Source of the DNA: an uncultured Chloroflexia bacterium
GTDB taxonomy: Bacteria > Chloroflexota > Limnocylindria > QHBO01
DNA length: 64,000 nt
Reading direction: 5' to 3'
Assembly: GCA_963825525.1 (NCBI GenBank)
Contig: CAWGTN010000002.1
Span: 896,001 to 960,000 of the forward strand
Shown: piece by piece, positions 52,149-62,378 of the stretch
How the letters are laid out: each line of letters starts with the position of its first letter
Numbering within the stretch: position 1 is the stretch's first letter
Made by a program: the position numbers and the translations under genes
Notes under the pieces: model-generated
Told to the model about the DNA's origin: nothing
Databases searched by the model: none
The model's input: the letters and a program-made list of their open reading frames with translations, nothing else

Positions 52149-53095
52149 CTGCGCCGTCGGCCGGCGATCGCGCCCCGATGCCCTGCGCCGCGTGCCCGGC
52201 ATGGACTCCCGCGTCGGCCGGGACTTGGCCGCGAATGACCAACACGGACTGGTCAGCCTTGACGACGAGCTGGTGTGCCACGCTCCCGAGGAACAGTCGC
52301 TGGACATCGCCGAGGCCGCGCGATGCGACGATGATGAGGTCGCACCCATGGTCATCGGCGGCGTGAATGATTTCCTCGGCGGGATCGCCGGTGCGCGACA
52401 CGGTCGCGCCAACACGCCAGCCGGCCGCTCGCAGTCGCTTGGCAACCCGCTCGGTCGCTGCCCCATGGTCAGCCGCCCCGCGGCTCCGCGCCGGGACGGG
52501 CTCCGACCACGGGGTGATGAAGGATTGGTCGGACGACGGTGGCCGGGACACCGTCACCAGGTCCACCGGGAGACGACGGAACCCGGGCCAATGCCCGACG
52601 ATGCGGGGAATGGTCTCAGCTGCCGGTGATCCATCGGTCGCGAGCAGCAGCCGCGTCACCTCGGGGTACCTGGCGACCAGGACCGGACACGGCGCGTGAT
52701 CGGCGACCTCCCCTGACACCGAGCCGAGCAGCACGCTCGCGGTCGGGCCGCGACCCCGGTTGCCGACCACGATGAGATCAGCAGCGACAGATCGCGCCAT
52801 GTCGATCAGCGCGGCAGCCGGTCGGTTCGACTCGATGTGCGAGAAGACGATCAGGCCCGGAGCGGCGCAGAACGTTCGCGATGTCGTCGAGCGTCCGGTT
52901 CAGTGCCCGCTGTGTGGCGGGATCCTCGCCAGGAAACCACTCCCCACCTGGGACGTGAGCAGCCCACTCGGTGGGTCGCTCGTGAGCCCACACCAGGTGG
53001 ATGTCTGTCGGCTGCGGCCAGGTCATGCCGGCTACGAGCTCGGCAGCAACGAGCGAATGCGGGGAACAGTCGACGCCGATCACGATCCGGGTCAT
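52087..53095 (-). CDS. Tandem universal stress protein (frameshift near 52857)
   Basis: IVIGVDCS, DLIVVGNRGRG...LLGSVS..VADHAPCPVLV, LLATDGS, DLIIVASRG...LGSVA. Confidence 0.9.
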
Positions 53096-53308
53096 CGGTG
53101 TGTTCCTCACGCATGGGTTGGGACGGCGGCCGGGAGCGGGCGAAGCGACTCGGGCGCCACCACCTCGGCGACGAGGCCGGTGCGCCTCACCCGCTCCCGA
53201 CTCTCATCCTCGCGCGCGACGGCGGTGCGGCCCAGATACCGACGGACCGCTGGGAGGGGGCCATTCGGCTCATGTCCGGCATGTCATGAACCGCCCAGGC
53301 GTAGCGAG

Positions 53309-56300
53309 TCAGAGACGGCGCAGGACGTAGCCCCGGTAACTCGTATGGAATCCGACCTCGCGAAGGGCATCGGCCAGGAGAGATTCGGCGACGGGTCCAC
53401 GATCAACCCGCTCGAGTCGGAGCTCGCGCATCGGCCCGCCGGGCGCGACGAGTGATGGAAGAGCGGCAACCGCTCGACGGGCTGTATCCGGATCGGCTGC
53501 GGCGGGCAGCTGCAGGAGGCCCCGCCCGCCGCGCTCGAGGTAGAGCGCCGCTTCGCCGTCGACGAGCACCACGTACGCGCCCGCTGCGCGCTGGAGGGGC
53601 AATCGCTCGTCATCTGCGGAACGCGGCCAGGCGAGCGCCGCTCCGTAGGGCTGCGCCGGATCGGTCGCGGCCAGGATATGGACCTCGGCCGATGGATCCT
53701 CGTCCTCGCGCGCCGCGCGCAGTCGGTCGACCGCTCCGGGCAGAGCGAACTGCGCTGCGCCGAGCCCAGCCACGAAGTACCCGCGACGAGCGCGGCCGGA
53801 CTCCTCCATGGCCTTGAGGACGGGGTACACCGAGGCGTACCCACCGGCGATCCCCTCCGACGCCACGGCTTCGCGGGTCACGACACCATGGCGCTCGAGG
53901 AGTGTGGTGGCCAGACCGTGGCCGCGTTCGGTCGGCGTTCGCTCCTCGCCCACCAGGTCGGCAACCAGCGACCAGCGCCCGGCGGCGCGAGGCGGCCCGA
54001 GGGCCGTGATGCGCCCCGGTCGCGGCTGGGACTTCGACCGAGACCGTGGCAGCGACAGGGCGCGCAGCGCGGCGAAGGTGTCGTTCGTCACCTCGCCCGC
54101 CCAGACCAGGTCCCAGACCGCGTCGAGGAGCTCGGCCTCGCTGCCGGCCTCGCCGATGCTGCTCCGCAGCTGGGGGTAGAAGGTCGCGCCGCGCCGCTGG
54201 AGATGCGTGCGAATGGCCTCGTGAAGCGGCTCGGATGGCCGATCATCGGCCGATCCGGCGCTCGCCAGCAGGTCGACCCGGTCCCTGCGATAGAGGGCCA
54301 CCCGGCCGTCGTCCCGACCCAGCGTGCCGCGACCGATCCAGACGACCTCGCCCGCCGCCCCCAGCTCATCGAGCAGGCGAGGCGTGTACCCCGAGACGCG
54401 GGCCGACAGGACATCTCGCTCCAGGACCGATGCCGGGATCGGCACACCCTCGAGCTGCGCGACCGCCTCGACCAATCGACCGATCCCCCCGGCGCTCGAG
54501 CCGACGCCGTGCCAGGCCGGAAGGAAGCGCGCCAGCACCTGCGGCTCGACCGGCTCGACCTCACGGCGCAATCGGGCGAGCGACCGCCGGCGGAGCTGGC
54601 GCAGAACGTCGGGGTCCGTGAACTCGTGGGCCGCGCCGCCGGGGCGGAATGCTCCTTCGAGGAGGGTGCCGGCGGCGGCCATGAGCTTCAGACGGCCCTC
54701 GACCGTGGCCCGGGCGAGGCCCCAGCGCGTGGCAGGCGCATCTGCGACGAACGGGGTGTGGGTGCGTGCCCATCGGCGCCAGCAGGAGGTCGAGCGGCGG
54801 GGCCTCCGACGGCTCGAGAAATGTCTCCGCCACGCCGGCAGGCGGGCTGGCTCCCACGGCATCCCGGTAGCGCGCCGCATCCTCGACCGCGATCCAGCGC
54901 TCCTCGCCGGCGATCCGCACGCGGATGGCGCGGCGTGAACGCTCGAGCTCAGCCAGCGCGGCGGCGGCGTCGAGCTCGTCGCTGATGCGCGCCGCCACCT
55001 CGTCGCTGCGCAGGTCGCCGATCCGACGGAGGAGGTCGCTCACGCCGTCGACGGTGCGGGCGCGCCGCGATTCGACGAGGGCCTGCAGCTCGAGCTCGAG
55101 ATCGGCAACGGCGTCCGGGTCGAGCAGCTCGCGGAGCTCCTCGGTGCCGAGCAGCTCGGCAAGGAGCTCCCGGTCGAGGGCCAGGGCCTGCGCCCGGCGC
55201 TCGGCCAGCGGCGCGTCGCCTTCGTACATGAAGGAACCGATGTAATCGAACAGGAGCGAGGAAGCGAATGGGGATGCCGATCGCGACTCGACGCTCACGG
55301 TCCGGATCCGTCGCGCGCGGATCTCGCCGAGCAGCTCGACGAGGGCCGGCATGTCGAACACGTCGCGCAGGATCTCGCGATACGTCTCGAGGATGATCGG
55401 GAACGAACCGTAGCGGCTGGCGACCGCCAGCAGGTCAGCCGATTTCTGGCGCTGCATCCACAGCGGCGTGCGTTGGCCCGGGCGGCGCCGAGGCAGCAGG
55501 AGCGCCCGTGCCGCATTTTCGCGGAACCGCGCGGCAAACAGCGCGGATCCGCCGAGCTCGGACATCAGCAGCTCTTCGATGGCATCGGGGTCGAGCAGCA
55601 GGGTGGCGTCGATGTTCGCGCCATCGGCCTCGATGCCTTCCGGCAACCGCACGGCGATGCCGTCATCCGACCAGATCGTCTGAACATCCAGGCCATGCTC
55701 CTCGCGCAGGCGCGACTCGATGGCCATCGACCACGGGGCGTGAACACGGCCGCCGAACGGCGAGAGCAGCACAACCCGCCAGTCGCCGAGCTCGTCGCGG
55801 AAGCGTTCGATCACGATGGTGCGATCCGTTGGCAGCACCCCGGTCACCTCGCGCTGCTCCGCGAGGTAGGCGACGAGATTGCGAGCTGCCAGCGGGTCGA
55901 GGGCGTTGGACTCGCGCAAGCGGATGACGGCAGCCTCGACCTTCATCGGCTCGATCTCGCGGAGAAAGGCGCCGATGGCACGCCCCAGCTCGATCGGCCG
56001 GCCGATGGCGTCGCCATGCCAGAACGGCATCTTCCCCGGTTCCCCGGGTGCCGGGGTGACGATCACGCGATCCGGCTTGATCTCCTCGATCCGCCAGGTC
56101 GAGGCGCCGAGCAGAAACGTCTCGCCGACTCGCGACTCGTAGACCATCTCCTCGTCGAGCTCCCCGACCCGCCGCCCGCCGCGGCCGGCGTCGTCCCCGG
56201 GCAGGAAGACCCCGTACAGCCCACGGTCCGGGATGGTCCCGCCGGACGTGATGGCCACCACCCGCGCGTCGTTGCGCGATGCCACCTCGTCCGTCTGGCG

Positions 56301-57776
56301 GTCCCACACCAGCCGCGGCTTGAGGTCGGCGAACTCGTCGGATGGATAGCGTCCCGAGAGCATGTCGAGCACTCCCGTGAGCTGCTCGCGCGACAGGTCG
56401 CGGAAGCTCTCCGCACGGGTCACGAGCCGATGGAGGTCGTCCACCGTCCAGCGGCCGTCGACGCAGATGGCGACAAGCTGCTGCGCCAGGACGTCGAGCG
56501 GATTGCGCGGGATCCGCGTCTCCTCGATCTGGGCCGCCTTCATGCGCTCCACGACCACCGCCGCCTCCACGAGGTCGCCGCGGTACTTCGGGAAGATCTT
56601 GCCGACGCTCGGCTCGCCGACCTGGTGACCGGCGCGGCCGATGCGCTGCATGCCCGACGCAACCGACGGCGGTGCCTCGATCTGCACCACGAGGTCGATG
56701 GCGCCCATGTCGATCCCAAGCTCGAGGCTCGAGGTGGCGACCAGCGCCGGCAGGCGTCCCTGCTTGAGGTCCTCCTCGATCTGGAGCCGCTGCTCGCGCG
56801 CCACGCTGCCGTGATGGGCTCGGACGAGCTCCTCCCCCGCAAGCTCGTTGAGGCGGGCGGCGAGGCGCTCGGCCAGGCGGCGCGAGTTCACGAAGATCAG
56901 CGTCGACCGATGGGCCCGGATGAGTTCGAGCAGCTTCGGGTGAATCGACGGCCAGATCGAGTGCCGAGCCTCTGGCCCCGCGGCCGGGCCGCCGGGTGCC
57001 TCGTCGACGTCCATGACCTCGCCCATCCGGGCCATGTCCTCCACCGGCACGATGACCTCGAGGTCGAGCTCCTTGCGTGCTCCGGCATCGACGATCTCGA
57101 CCTCACGCCCCACGCCTCCCATGAACGCACCGATTGCCTCCAGCGGCCGCTGAGTGGCAGACAGGCCGATGCGCTGCGGATCGGCATGGGCCAGGTGGCT
57201 CAGGCGCTCGAGGCTGAGGGCCAGGTGCGAGCCGCGCTTCGTGGCGGCGATGGCGTGGACCTCGTCGATGATCACGTGCTCCACGCCGCGCAGGATCTCG
57301 CGCGCCTGGCTGGTGAGGAGCAGGTAGAGCGATTCCGGCGTGGTGACGAGGATGTCCGGTGGGGTCCTGACGAGCTGGCGGCGCGCATCGGCCGGGGTGT
57401 CTCCGGTGCGGCTGGCAACCGCAATCTCGGGCACCGGGGTTCCAAGCAGATCGGCGGTCCGGCGGATCCCCGCCAGCGGCGCGCGCAGGTTGCGCTCGAC
57501 GTCGTAGGTGAGTGCCTTCAGCGGGCTGATGTACAGGACGCGGACCGTCCGCTTCGCGGGCGCCGACTCGGTCATGAGGCGGTCGAGGCACCACAGGAAG
57601 GCGGCGAGGGTCTTCCCGCTCCCCGTGGGTGCGTGAATCAGGGTGTGGCGACCACCGCTGATGGCAGGCCAGCCGAGCTCCTGGGCACGAGTCGGATCGG
57701 CGAACGCCTCGCGAAACCAGGTACGGGTGGGCTCGCTGAACGGCGCGAGGGGGTCAACGGGTTGGCGGGGGCTCAC
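53309..57776 (-). CDS. lhr: Full-length Lhr helicase with C-terminal winged-helix domain (frameshift near 54775)
   Basis: APTGSGKT, ISPLKAL, TTPESL, DEVH, GLSAT, HHGSV, SSLELGID, QRIGRAGH. C-terminal GEVTNDTF, RRGYFVAGLGAAQFA, ATDPAQPYG. Confidence 0.93.
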
Positions 57777-57786
57777 GGCACAGGTG

Positions 57787-57822
57787 AGTGTAGCGCCGCC
57801 TCACGATTCGAACAAACGTTCT
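57787..57822 (-). promoter_or_regulatory. lhr promoter with LexA (GAAC-N4-GTTC) box over the -35
   Basis: GAACAAACGTTC at 57810-57821. Minus-strand TTGTTC, 17 nt, TACACT (57792-87). Confidence 0.8.
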
Positions 57823-57934
57823 CATTGGCTACGAACTCGAATGGCGGCCCGATATCGGGCCTGACCTGCGGGGCCAACCGCGCCAGTTGTAGCTGGGTCG
57901 GCGCCATCCCAGTGAGGGCAGTTGCCGGGCGCGC

Positions 57935-57985
57935 CGGACCCATGTCCCCACCACCACGGTGAACGTCAGCCATGGGGGGTACGCT
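57935..57985 (+). promoter_or_regulatory. DosR-type box and -10 of the sensor kinase gene
   Basis: CGGAC-CCAT-GTCCC at 57935-48. TACGCT at 57980-85, 6 nt before the ATG. Confidence 0.55.
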
Positions 57986-57991
57986 ACGCCG

Positions 57992-59527
57992 ATGTCGCGC
58001 GTAAGCCCAACGTCGGCGTCTTCTGCGGGAGACCATCGACCGTTCCTCCCACTGCCCGATGTGCTCGAGGCCCTAGAGGCCTGGCGCGCCGCGCCCGGCG
58101 CCGAGGCGACCGATCGCCTGCGGGCCACGCTCGACGTGGCGGCTGCGGCGCTCGACCTCGAAATCGGTCGCCTCACCGTCATCATGCCTCCACTCCCCGA
58201 GCTCGACCTGGTCGTTGGCTCAGGAACGACCGGCGCCGAGATCGTGCTCCGCGCCCCCGGCGAGAACGCGCCCATCGGCTCGGTACGGATCACGGGCGAC
58301 CGTGATTCGGCGAGCTCGTTGGCGCGCGCCGTGGAGCTGCTGCTCGTCGCGACGCGCAACAGCGCGAAGGCAAGCCGGGCGGCGCGTCAGCTGAACGCCC
58401 TGGACCAGGCGGTGCGGGGAATCAGCGGCGTCCTCGACGTCGATCGCGTGCTCCAGCTCATCGTCGATCGCGTTCGCGAGCTGGCGGACGCGCAGTACGC
58501 CGCACTCGGCATCGTTGACGACACCGGCTCGATCGAGCGCTTCATCACCAGCGGGCTGGACGATGAGGAGCGTGCGCGAATCGGGGACCTCCCGCACGGG
58601 CGAGGCCTTCTGGGCCTCATCATCCGAGAGAACCGGACCTACCGGATTCCCGAGATCAGCGTTCACCCCGAGCGATACGGCTTCCCACCGAACCATCCGG
58701 AGATGCACTCCTTCCTCGGCATGCCGATCACGAGCCGGGGCGAGACCGTGGGACTGCTCTACCTGACCAACAAGATCGACGCCGCACAGTTCAGCGACGA
58801 AGACCAGGCGCTGGTCGAGATGTTCGCGCTCCACGCCGGGATCGCGATCGAGAATACGCGGCTGCTGCACCAGGTACGCCGGCTCGCCGTGGTCGACGAG
58901 CGCGACCGAATCAGCCGCGATCTGCACGACAGCGTGATCCAGTCGATCTACGCACAGACACTCGCGCTTGACGACGTACCCGAGCTGATGGGCGAGGATG
59001 CAGCGGAAGCGAGCCGCCGGGTCGACAGCGCCATCGACGCGCTCCACGCGGTGATCCGCGACATCCGCAACTTCATCTTCGGTCTTCGGCCCATCCTGCT
59101 CGAGTCAGGTGACCTGGCCGCGGGGCTGGAGCATCTCGCCGCCGAGCTCCGCCGCAATGGCGGCGTGGAGGTCCACGTCTCGGTCTCGGACGATGCGGCG
59201 CTTTTTCCCCAGCTGCCAATGGAGCACATCGCTGAGCTGCTGGCCATCACGCAGGAGGGATTAAGCAATGTCGCACGGCACGCCGCCGCCTCGCGAGCCG
59301 ATGTGAACCTTGCGCTGGCGGACGGCGCGCTCCAGCTCGAGCTCGCCGACGACGGTCGCGGGTTCGATGCAGAGCGTGCGACGGAGAAGGGGCATCATGG
59401 CCTTGGCAACATTCACGCGCGGGTGGACAGGCTGGGCGGCACACTGACCGTGGCGAGTAGTTTCGACTCGGGGACCCGTATCATCGTCTCGATACCCCAA
59501 CCATCGGTGAAGGAGTCGCAGCGATGA
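57992..59527 (+). CDS. GAF-domain sensor histidine kinase, DosS/DosT-like
   Basis: GLLGLII, GFPPNHPEMHSFLGMPI (GAF), SRDLHDSVIQ (HisKA_3), EGLSNVARHA, DDGRGF. Confidence 0.9.
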   Translation: MSRVSPTSASSAGDHRPFLPLPDVLEALEAWRAAPGAEATDRLRATLDVAAAALDLEIGRLTVIMPPLPELDLVVGSGTTGAEIVLRAPGENAPIGSVRITGDRDSASSLARAVELLLVATRNSAKASRAARQLNALDQAVRGISGVLDVDRVLQLIVDRVRELADAQYAALGIVDDTGSIERFITSGLDDEERARIGDLPHGRGLLGLIIRENRTYRIPEISVHPERYGFPPNHPEMHSFLGMPITSRGETVGLLYLTNKIDAAQFSDEDQALVEMFALHAGIAIENTRLLHQVRRLAVVDERDRISRDLHDSVIQSIYAQTLALDDVPELMGEDAAEASRRVDSAIDALHAVIRDIRNFIFGLRPILLESGDLAAGLEHLAAELRRNGGVEVHVSVSDDAALFPQLPMEHIAELLAITQEGLSNVARHAAASRADVNLALADGALQLELADDGRGFDAERATEKGHHGLGNIHARVDRLGGTLTVASSFDSGTRIIVSIPQPSVKESQR

Positions 59528-60198
59528 CCGGCGACGGAACGGCGCCCCCGCTCAGGCTCCTGGTCGTCGACGACCATGAGGTCGTTCGGCAGGGACTGGT
59601 GGCGCTTCTCGATCGGCGTTCCGGCTTCGACGTGGTGGCCCACGCGGGCACGGTCGCGGATGCCATCGCCGCGGCCGCGAAGTTCGAGCCGGACGTCGTT
59701 GTCATGGACGTGCGGCTCCCCGACGGCTCGGGCATCGAAGCCTGCCGCGAGATCCGCGCCCACCGGCCCGAGACTCGCGTGGTGATGCTCACGAGCTACC
59801 CGGACGAAGAAGCGGTGCTGTCCGCGATCATCGCCGGGGCCTCGGGCTACCTCCTCAAGCAGGTTCGCGGTCGCGACCTGGTGGCGGCTCTCGAGGCCGT
59901 CGGGCGCGGCGACTCCCTCCTCGATCCGGCGGTGACTGAGAAGGTGCTCCAGCGTGTGCGAGCGGCCGCAGGCGGAGGCGCCAACGACGAGCTCTCCGAA
60001 CTGACCGCACAGGAGAGAAAGATCCTCCTTCTCATTGCCGAGGGAAAGACGAACAAGGAGATTGCCGGGGACGTGTTCCTGTCGGACAAGACGGTGAAGA
60101 ACTACGTCAGCAGCATCCTGTCGAAGCTCAACCTGCAGCGCCGCGCCCAAGCCGCGGCCTTCGTCGCCAAGCATCACCTCGGGGACGACCAGGGCTAG
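59524..60198 (+). CDS. NarL-family response regulator, DosR/DevR-like
   Basis: VDDHEVVRQG, MDVRLPDGSG, LTSY, GKTNKEIA...DKTVKNYVS. Confidence 0.93.
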   Translation: MTGDGTAPPLRLLVVDDHEVVRQGLVALLDRRSGFDVVAHAGTVADAIAAAAKFEPDVVVMDVRLPDGSGIEACREIRAHRPETRVVMLTSYPDEEAVLSAIIAGASGYLLKQVRGRDLVAALEAVGRGDSLLDPAVTEKVLQRVRAAAGGGANDELSELTAQERKILLLIAEGKTNKEIAGDVFLSDKTVKNYVSSILSKLNLQRRAQAAAFVAKHHLGDDQG

Positions 60199-60757
60199 CC
60201 TCGCGCCGGACAACGTCCCTTCTCTCGGATGTCGGGGCTGGCAGAATGTCGAGCGTAATCTCTTCGACTCCCATGTCGATCGAGTCACCCACGATCCGGC
60301 AGCCGAGCCCCTGTGTCCCGTACGCAAGCTTCCGCATCGCGCCGTTGTCGGCGTAGGTCGCCGCCGACAGGTGCCGCAGGCCCAGGCGTCGAGCATGGTC
60401 GACCAGCGCCCGCATCAGCGCGGTGCCGATGCCCTGTCGGTGGAAATCGTCAGCCACTACGAAGGCGACCTCGGCGCCACCTTCGCCGTCCGGGTACAGC
60501 GTTGCGTGGCCGATGACTCGCCCATCGTTGAGCCCCTGCTCCTCGATGACCGCGACGACACCAAGGGACGCCGGCGGCAAACTCAGTGCGTCACTTCCAG
60601 AACCACCAAGGAACCGTCGGCGACGCGACTCGGGTGACAGCCCCGCCAGCAGATCCGACATGCCCGGTGTATCGAACTCGTCCGCGACACGGATCCTGAA
60701 CCGGCCGTCGGTCTTCGGATCGTTGCGCGCTGACGATCTGGGTGACTGGATGAGCAT
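60128..60757 (-). CDS. GNAT acetyltransferase resembling the GNAT domain of Pat/acyl-CoA ligase proteins
   Basis: LSPESRRRRF, AEVAFVVADDFHRQGIG, DNGAM. The 3' end overlaps the response regulator. Confidence 0.8.
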   Translation of the reverse strand: MLIQSPRSSARNDPKTDGRFRIRVADEFDTPGMSDLLAGLSPESRRRRFLGGSGSDALSLPPASLGVVAVIEEQGLNDGRVIGHATLYPDGEGGAEVAFVVADDFHRQGIGTALMRALVDHARRLGLRHLSAATYADNGAMRKLAYGTQGLGCRIVGDSIDMGVEEITLDILPAPTSERRDVVRREASPGRPRGDAWRRRPRLGRGAAG

Positions 60758-60811
60758 CGGCGTTTCCTCGTTCGCTGGCACCATCGTCGGCACCCCAACG
60801 GGCTGGGCGGA

Positions 60812-60876
60812 GTGCCATAGGTCCCGAACCCACGAGACAGATGACCCCAGCCATTCGGCGACGCAGTTCCTACACT
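60812..60876. promoter_or_regulatory. Tandem DosR-type boxes and -10 in a divergent intergenic region
   Basis: GTGCC-ATAG-GTCCC (60812-25) and GAGAC-AGAT-GACCC (60834-47), 22 bp apart. TACACT at 60871-76. Confidence 0.65.
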
Positions 60877-60882
60877 GAACTC

Positions 60883-62154
60883 ATGCAGGTGGTCAGCGTC
60901 GAGCGAGCAGTTGCGGGCGTCCGCTCAGGCGAGCAGATCTTCGTGCACGGCGGTGCCGCCACCCCGACCGCGCTCCTGCTCGCGCTCGTGGCCCGAGCGT
61001 CCGACCTGCGCGACGTGGGGATGATCCATTTCCACACGGAGGGGCCCGCGCCGCACCTCGCCCCGGAGATGGCTTCGCACTTCCGACACCGCGCGCTGTT
61101 CATCGGCGCCAATGCACGCAACGCCGTGAACGAGGGCCGCGCCGACTACGTCCCCATCTTCCTGTCCGACGTACCCGAGCTGTTCACCAGCGGTGTCCTG
61201 CCACTCGACGTCGCCCTCGTCAACGTCTCGCCTCCCGATGCCCACGGTTACTGCTCCCTCGGCACGAGCGTCGACGCCGCGATGGCGGCGACGCGTGCGG
61301 CGCGCACCGTCATCGCGCAGCTCAATCCCTCCATGCCACGCACACTCGGCGACTCGTTCATCCATGTCGATGAGATCGACCTGGCCGTCGAGGTCGATCT
61401 ACCGCCGTTCGAGCATCACGAGGGGCCGATCGGCGAGGTCGAGCGACGGATCGGCGAACATGTGGCCGAGCTCGTTCCGGATGGCGCGACCGTCCAGATG
61501 GGGATCGGATCGATCCCCGCCGCCGTCGGGCTTGCCCTGCGCGACAAGAGAGACCTCGGCATCCATACGGAGCTGTTCACCGATCCCGTGCTCGACCTGG
61601 TCGAATGCGGCGCGGTCACGGGCGCTCGCAAGGAGATCAACCGCGGAAAGATCGTGACGGCATTCCTGATGGGGAGCAAGCGCCTGTACAGCTTCGTCAA
61701 CGACAACCCGATGATCGAGATGCGACCGGTCGATTACACCAACGACACTTCAGTCATCCGGCGCTTCAGGCGGATGGTCGCTGTGAACTCCGCGATCTCG
61801 ATCGACCTCACCGGACAGGTGAGCGCGGACTCGATCGGTACCAGGTTCTACTCCGGCGTCGGCGGGCAGATGGACTTCATGCGGGGCGCGGCGCTGTCGG
61901 AACACGGCCGAGCAATCATCGCGCTGCCATCAACCGCGGCCGGAGGATCCATCTCGCGGATCGCGGCGGTCCTTGCCGAGGGGGCAGGCGTCGTCACCAG
62001 CCGCGCACACGTCCGGACCGTCGTCACCGAGTACGGAGTCGCCGAGCTCTTCGGACGGAGCATCCGCGAGCGCGCGTCCGGCCTGATCGCCATCGCACAT
62101 CCCGACTTCCGCGACGCGCTGGCGGCCGAGGCCCGCCGCCTGTACAACGTCTGA
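60883..62154 (+). CDS. Acetyl-CoA hydrolase/transferase (4-hydroxybutyrate CoA-transferase-like)
   Basis: VSPPDAHGYCSLG, QMGIGSIP, LGIHTELF, SGVGGQMDF, VVTEYG, IAHPDFR. Confidence 0.93.
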   Translation: MQVVSVERAVAGVRSGEQIFVHGGAATPTALLLALVARASDLRDVGMIHFHTEGPAPHLAPEMASHFRHRALFIGANARNAVNEGRADYVPIFLSDVPELFTSGVLPLDVALVNVSPPDAHGYCSLGTSVDAAMAATRAARTVIAQLNPSMPRTLGDSFIHVDEIDLAVEVDLPPFEHHEGPIGEVERRIGEHVAELVPDGATVQMGIGSIPAAVGLALRDKRDLGIHTELFTDPVLDLVECGAVTGARKEINRGKIVTAFLMGSKRLYSFVNDNPMIEMRPVDYTNDTSVIRRFRRMVAVNSAISIDLTGQVSADSIGTRFYSGVGGQMDFMRGAALSEHGRAIIALPSTAAGGSISRIAAVLAEGAGVVTSRAHVRTVVTEYGVAELFGRSIRERASGLIAIAHPDFRDALAAEARRLYNV

Positions 62155-62194
62155 TCGATGACCGGCGCGGATGTTCCATCCAGCCTGGGCCGTC

Positions 62195-62237
62195 GTGCCA
62201 CACGGCACTCGCGGCGCAACCACCGTACGGGTAGGTT
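62195..62237 (+). promoter_or_regulatory. Palindromic DosR-type box and -10
   Basis: GTGCC-ACAC-GGCAC at 62195-208. TAGGTT at 62232-37. Confidence 0.6.
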
Positions 62238-62267
62238 GTAGGTCACATCCACGCACGGAGATCGACG

Positions 62268-62378
62268 ATGTCCACCCAGCGCGCGACGCTCTACGACGAC
62301 TTCATCGCCTGGCTCAACGACCATTCGGTCGAATATGAGCTCCACGAAGTGGGCCCGCTCCGTTCCCGCGCCCGGTGA
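62268..62378 (+). CDS. 36-aa small ORF ([36 protein letters not shown])
   Basis: GGAG SD 7 nt before the ATG. Its TGA overlaps the GTG of the next gene. Too short for the supplied ORF track. Confidence 0.55.
   Translation: MSTQRATLYDDFIAWLNDHSVEYELHEVGPLRSRAR

Noticed and set aside
18989-57776. Programmed frameshifting or mass pseudogenisation
   Set aside because: No shared slippery motif or stimulatory structure and no nonsense mutations. Uniform +1 indels in core genes fit sequencing error better.
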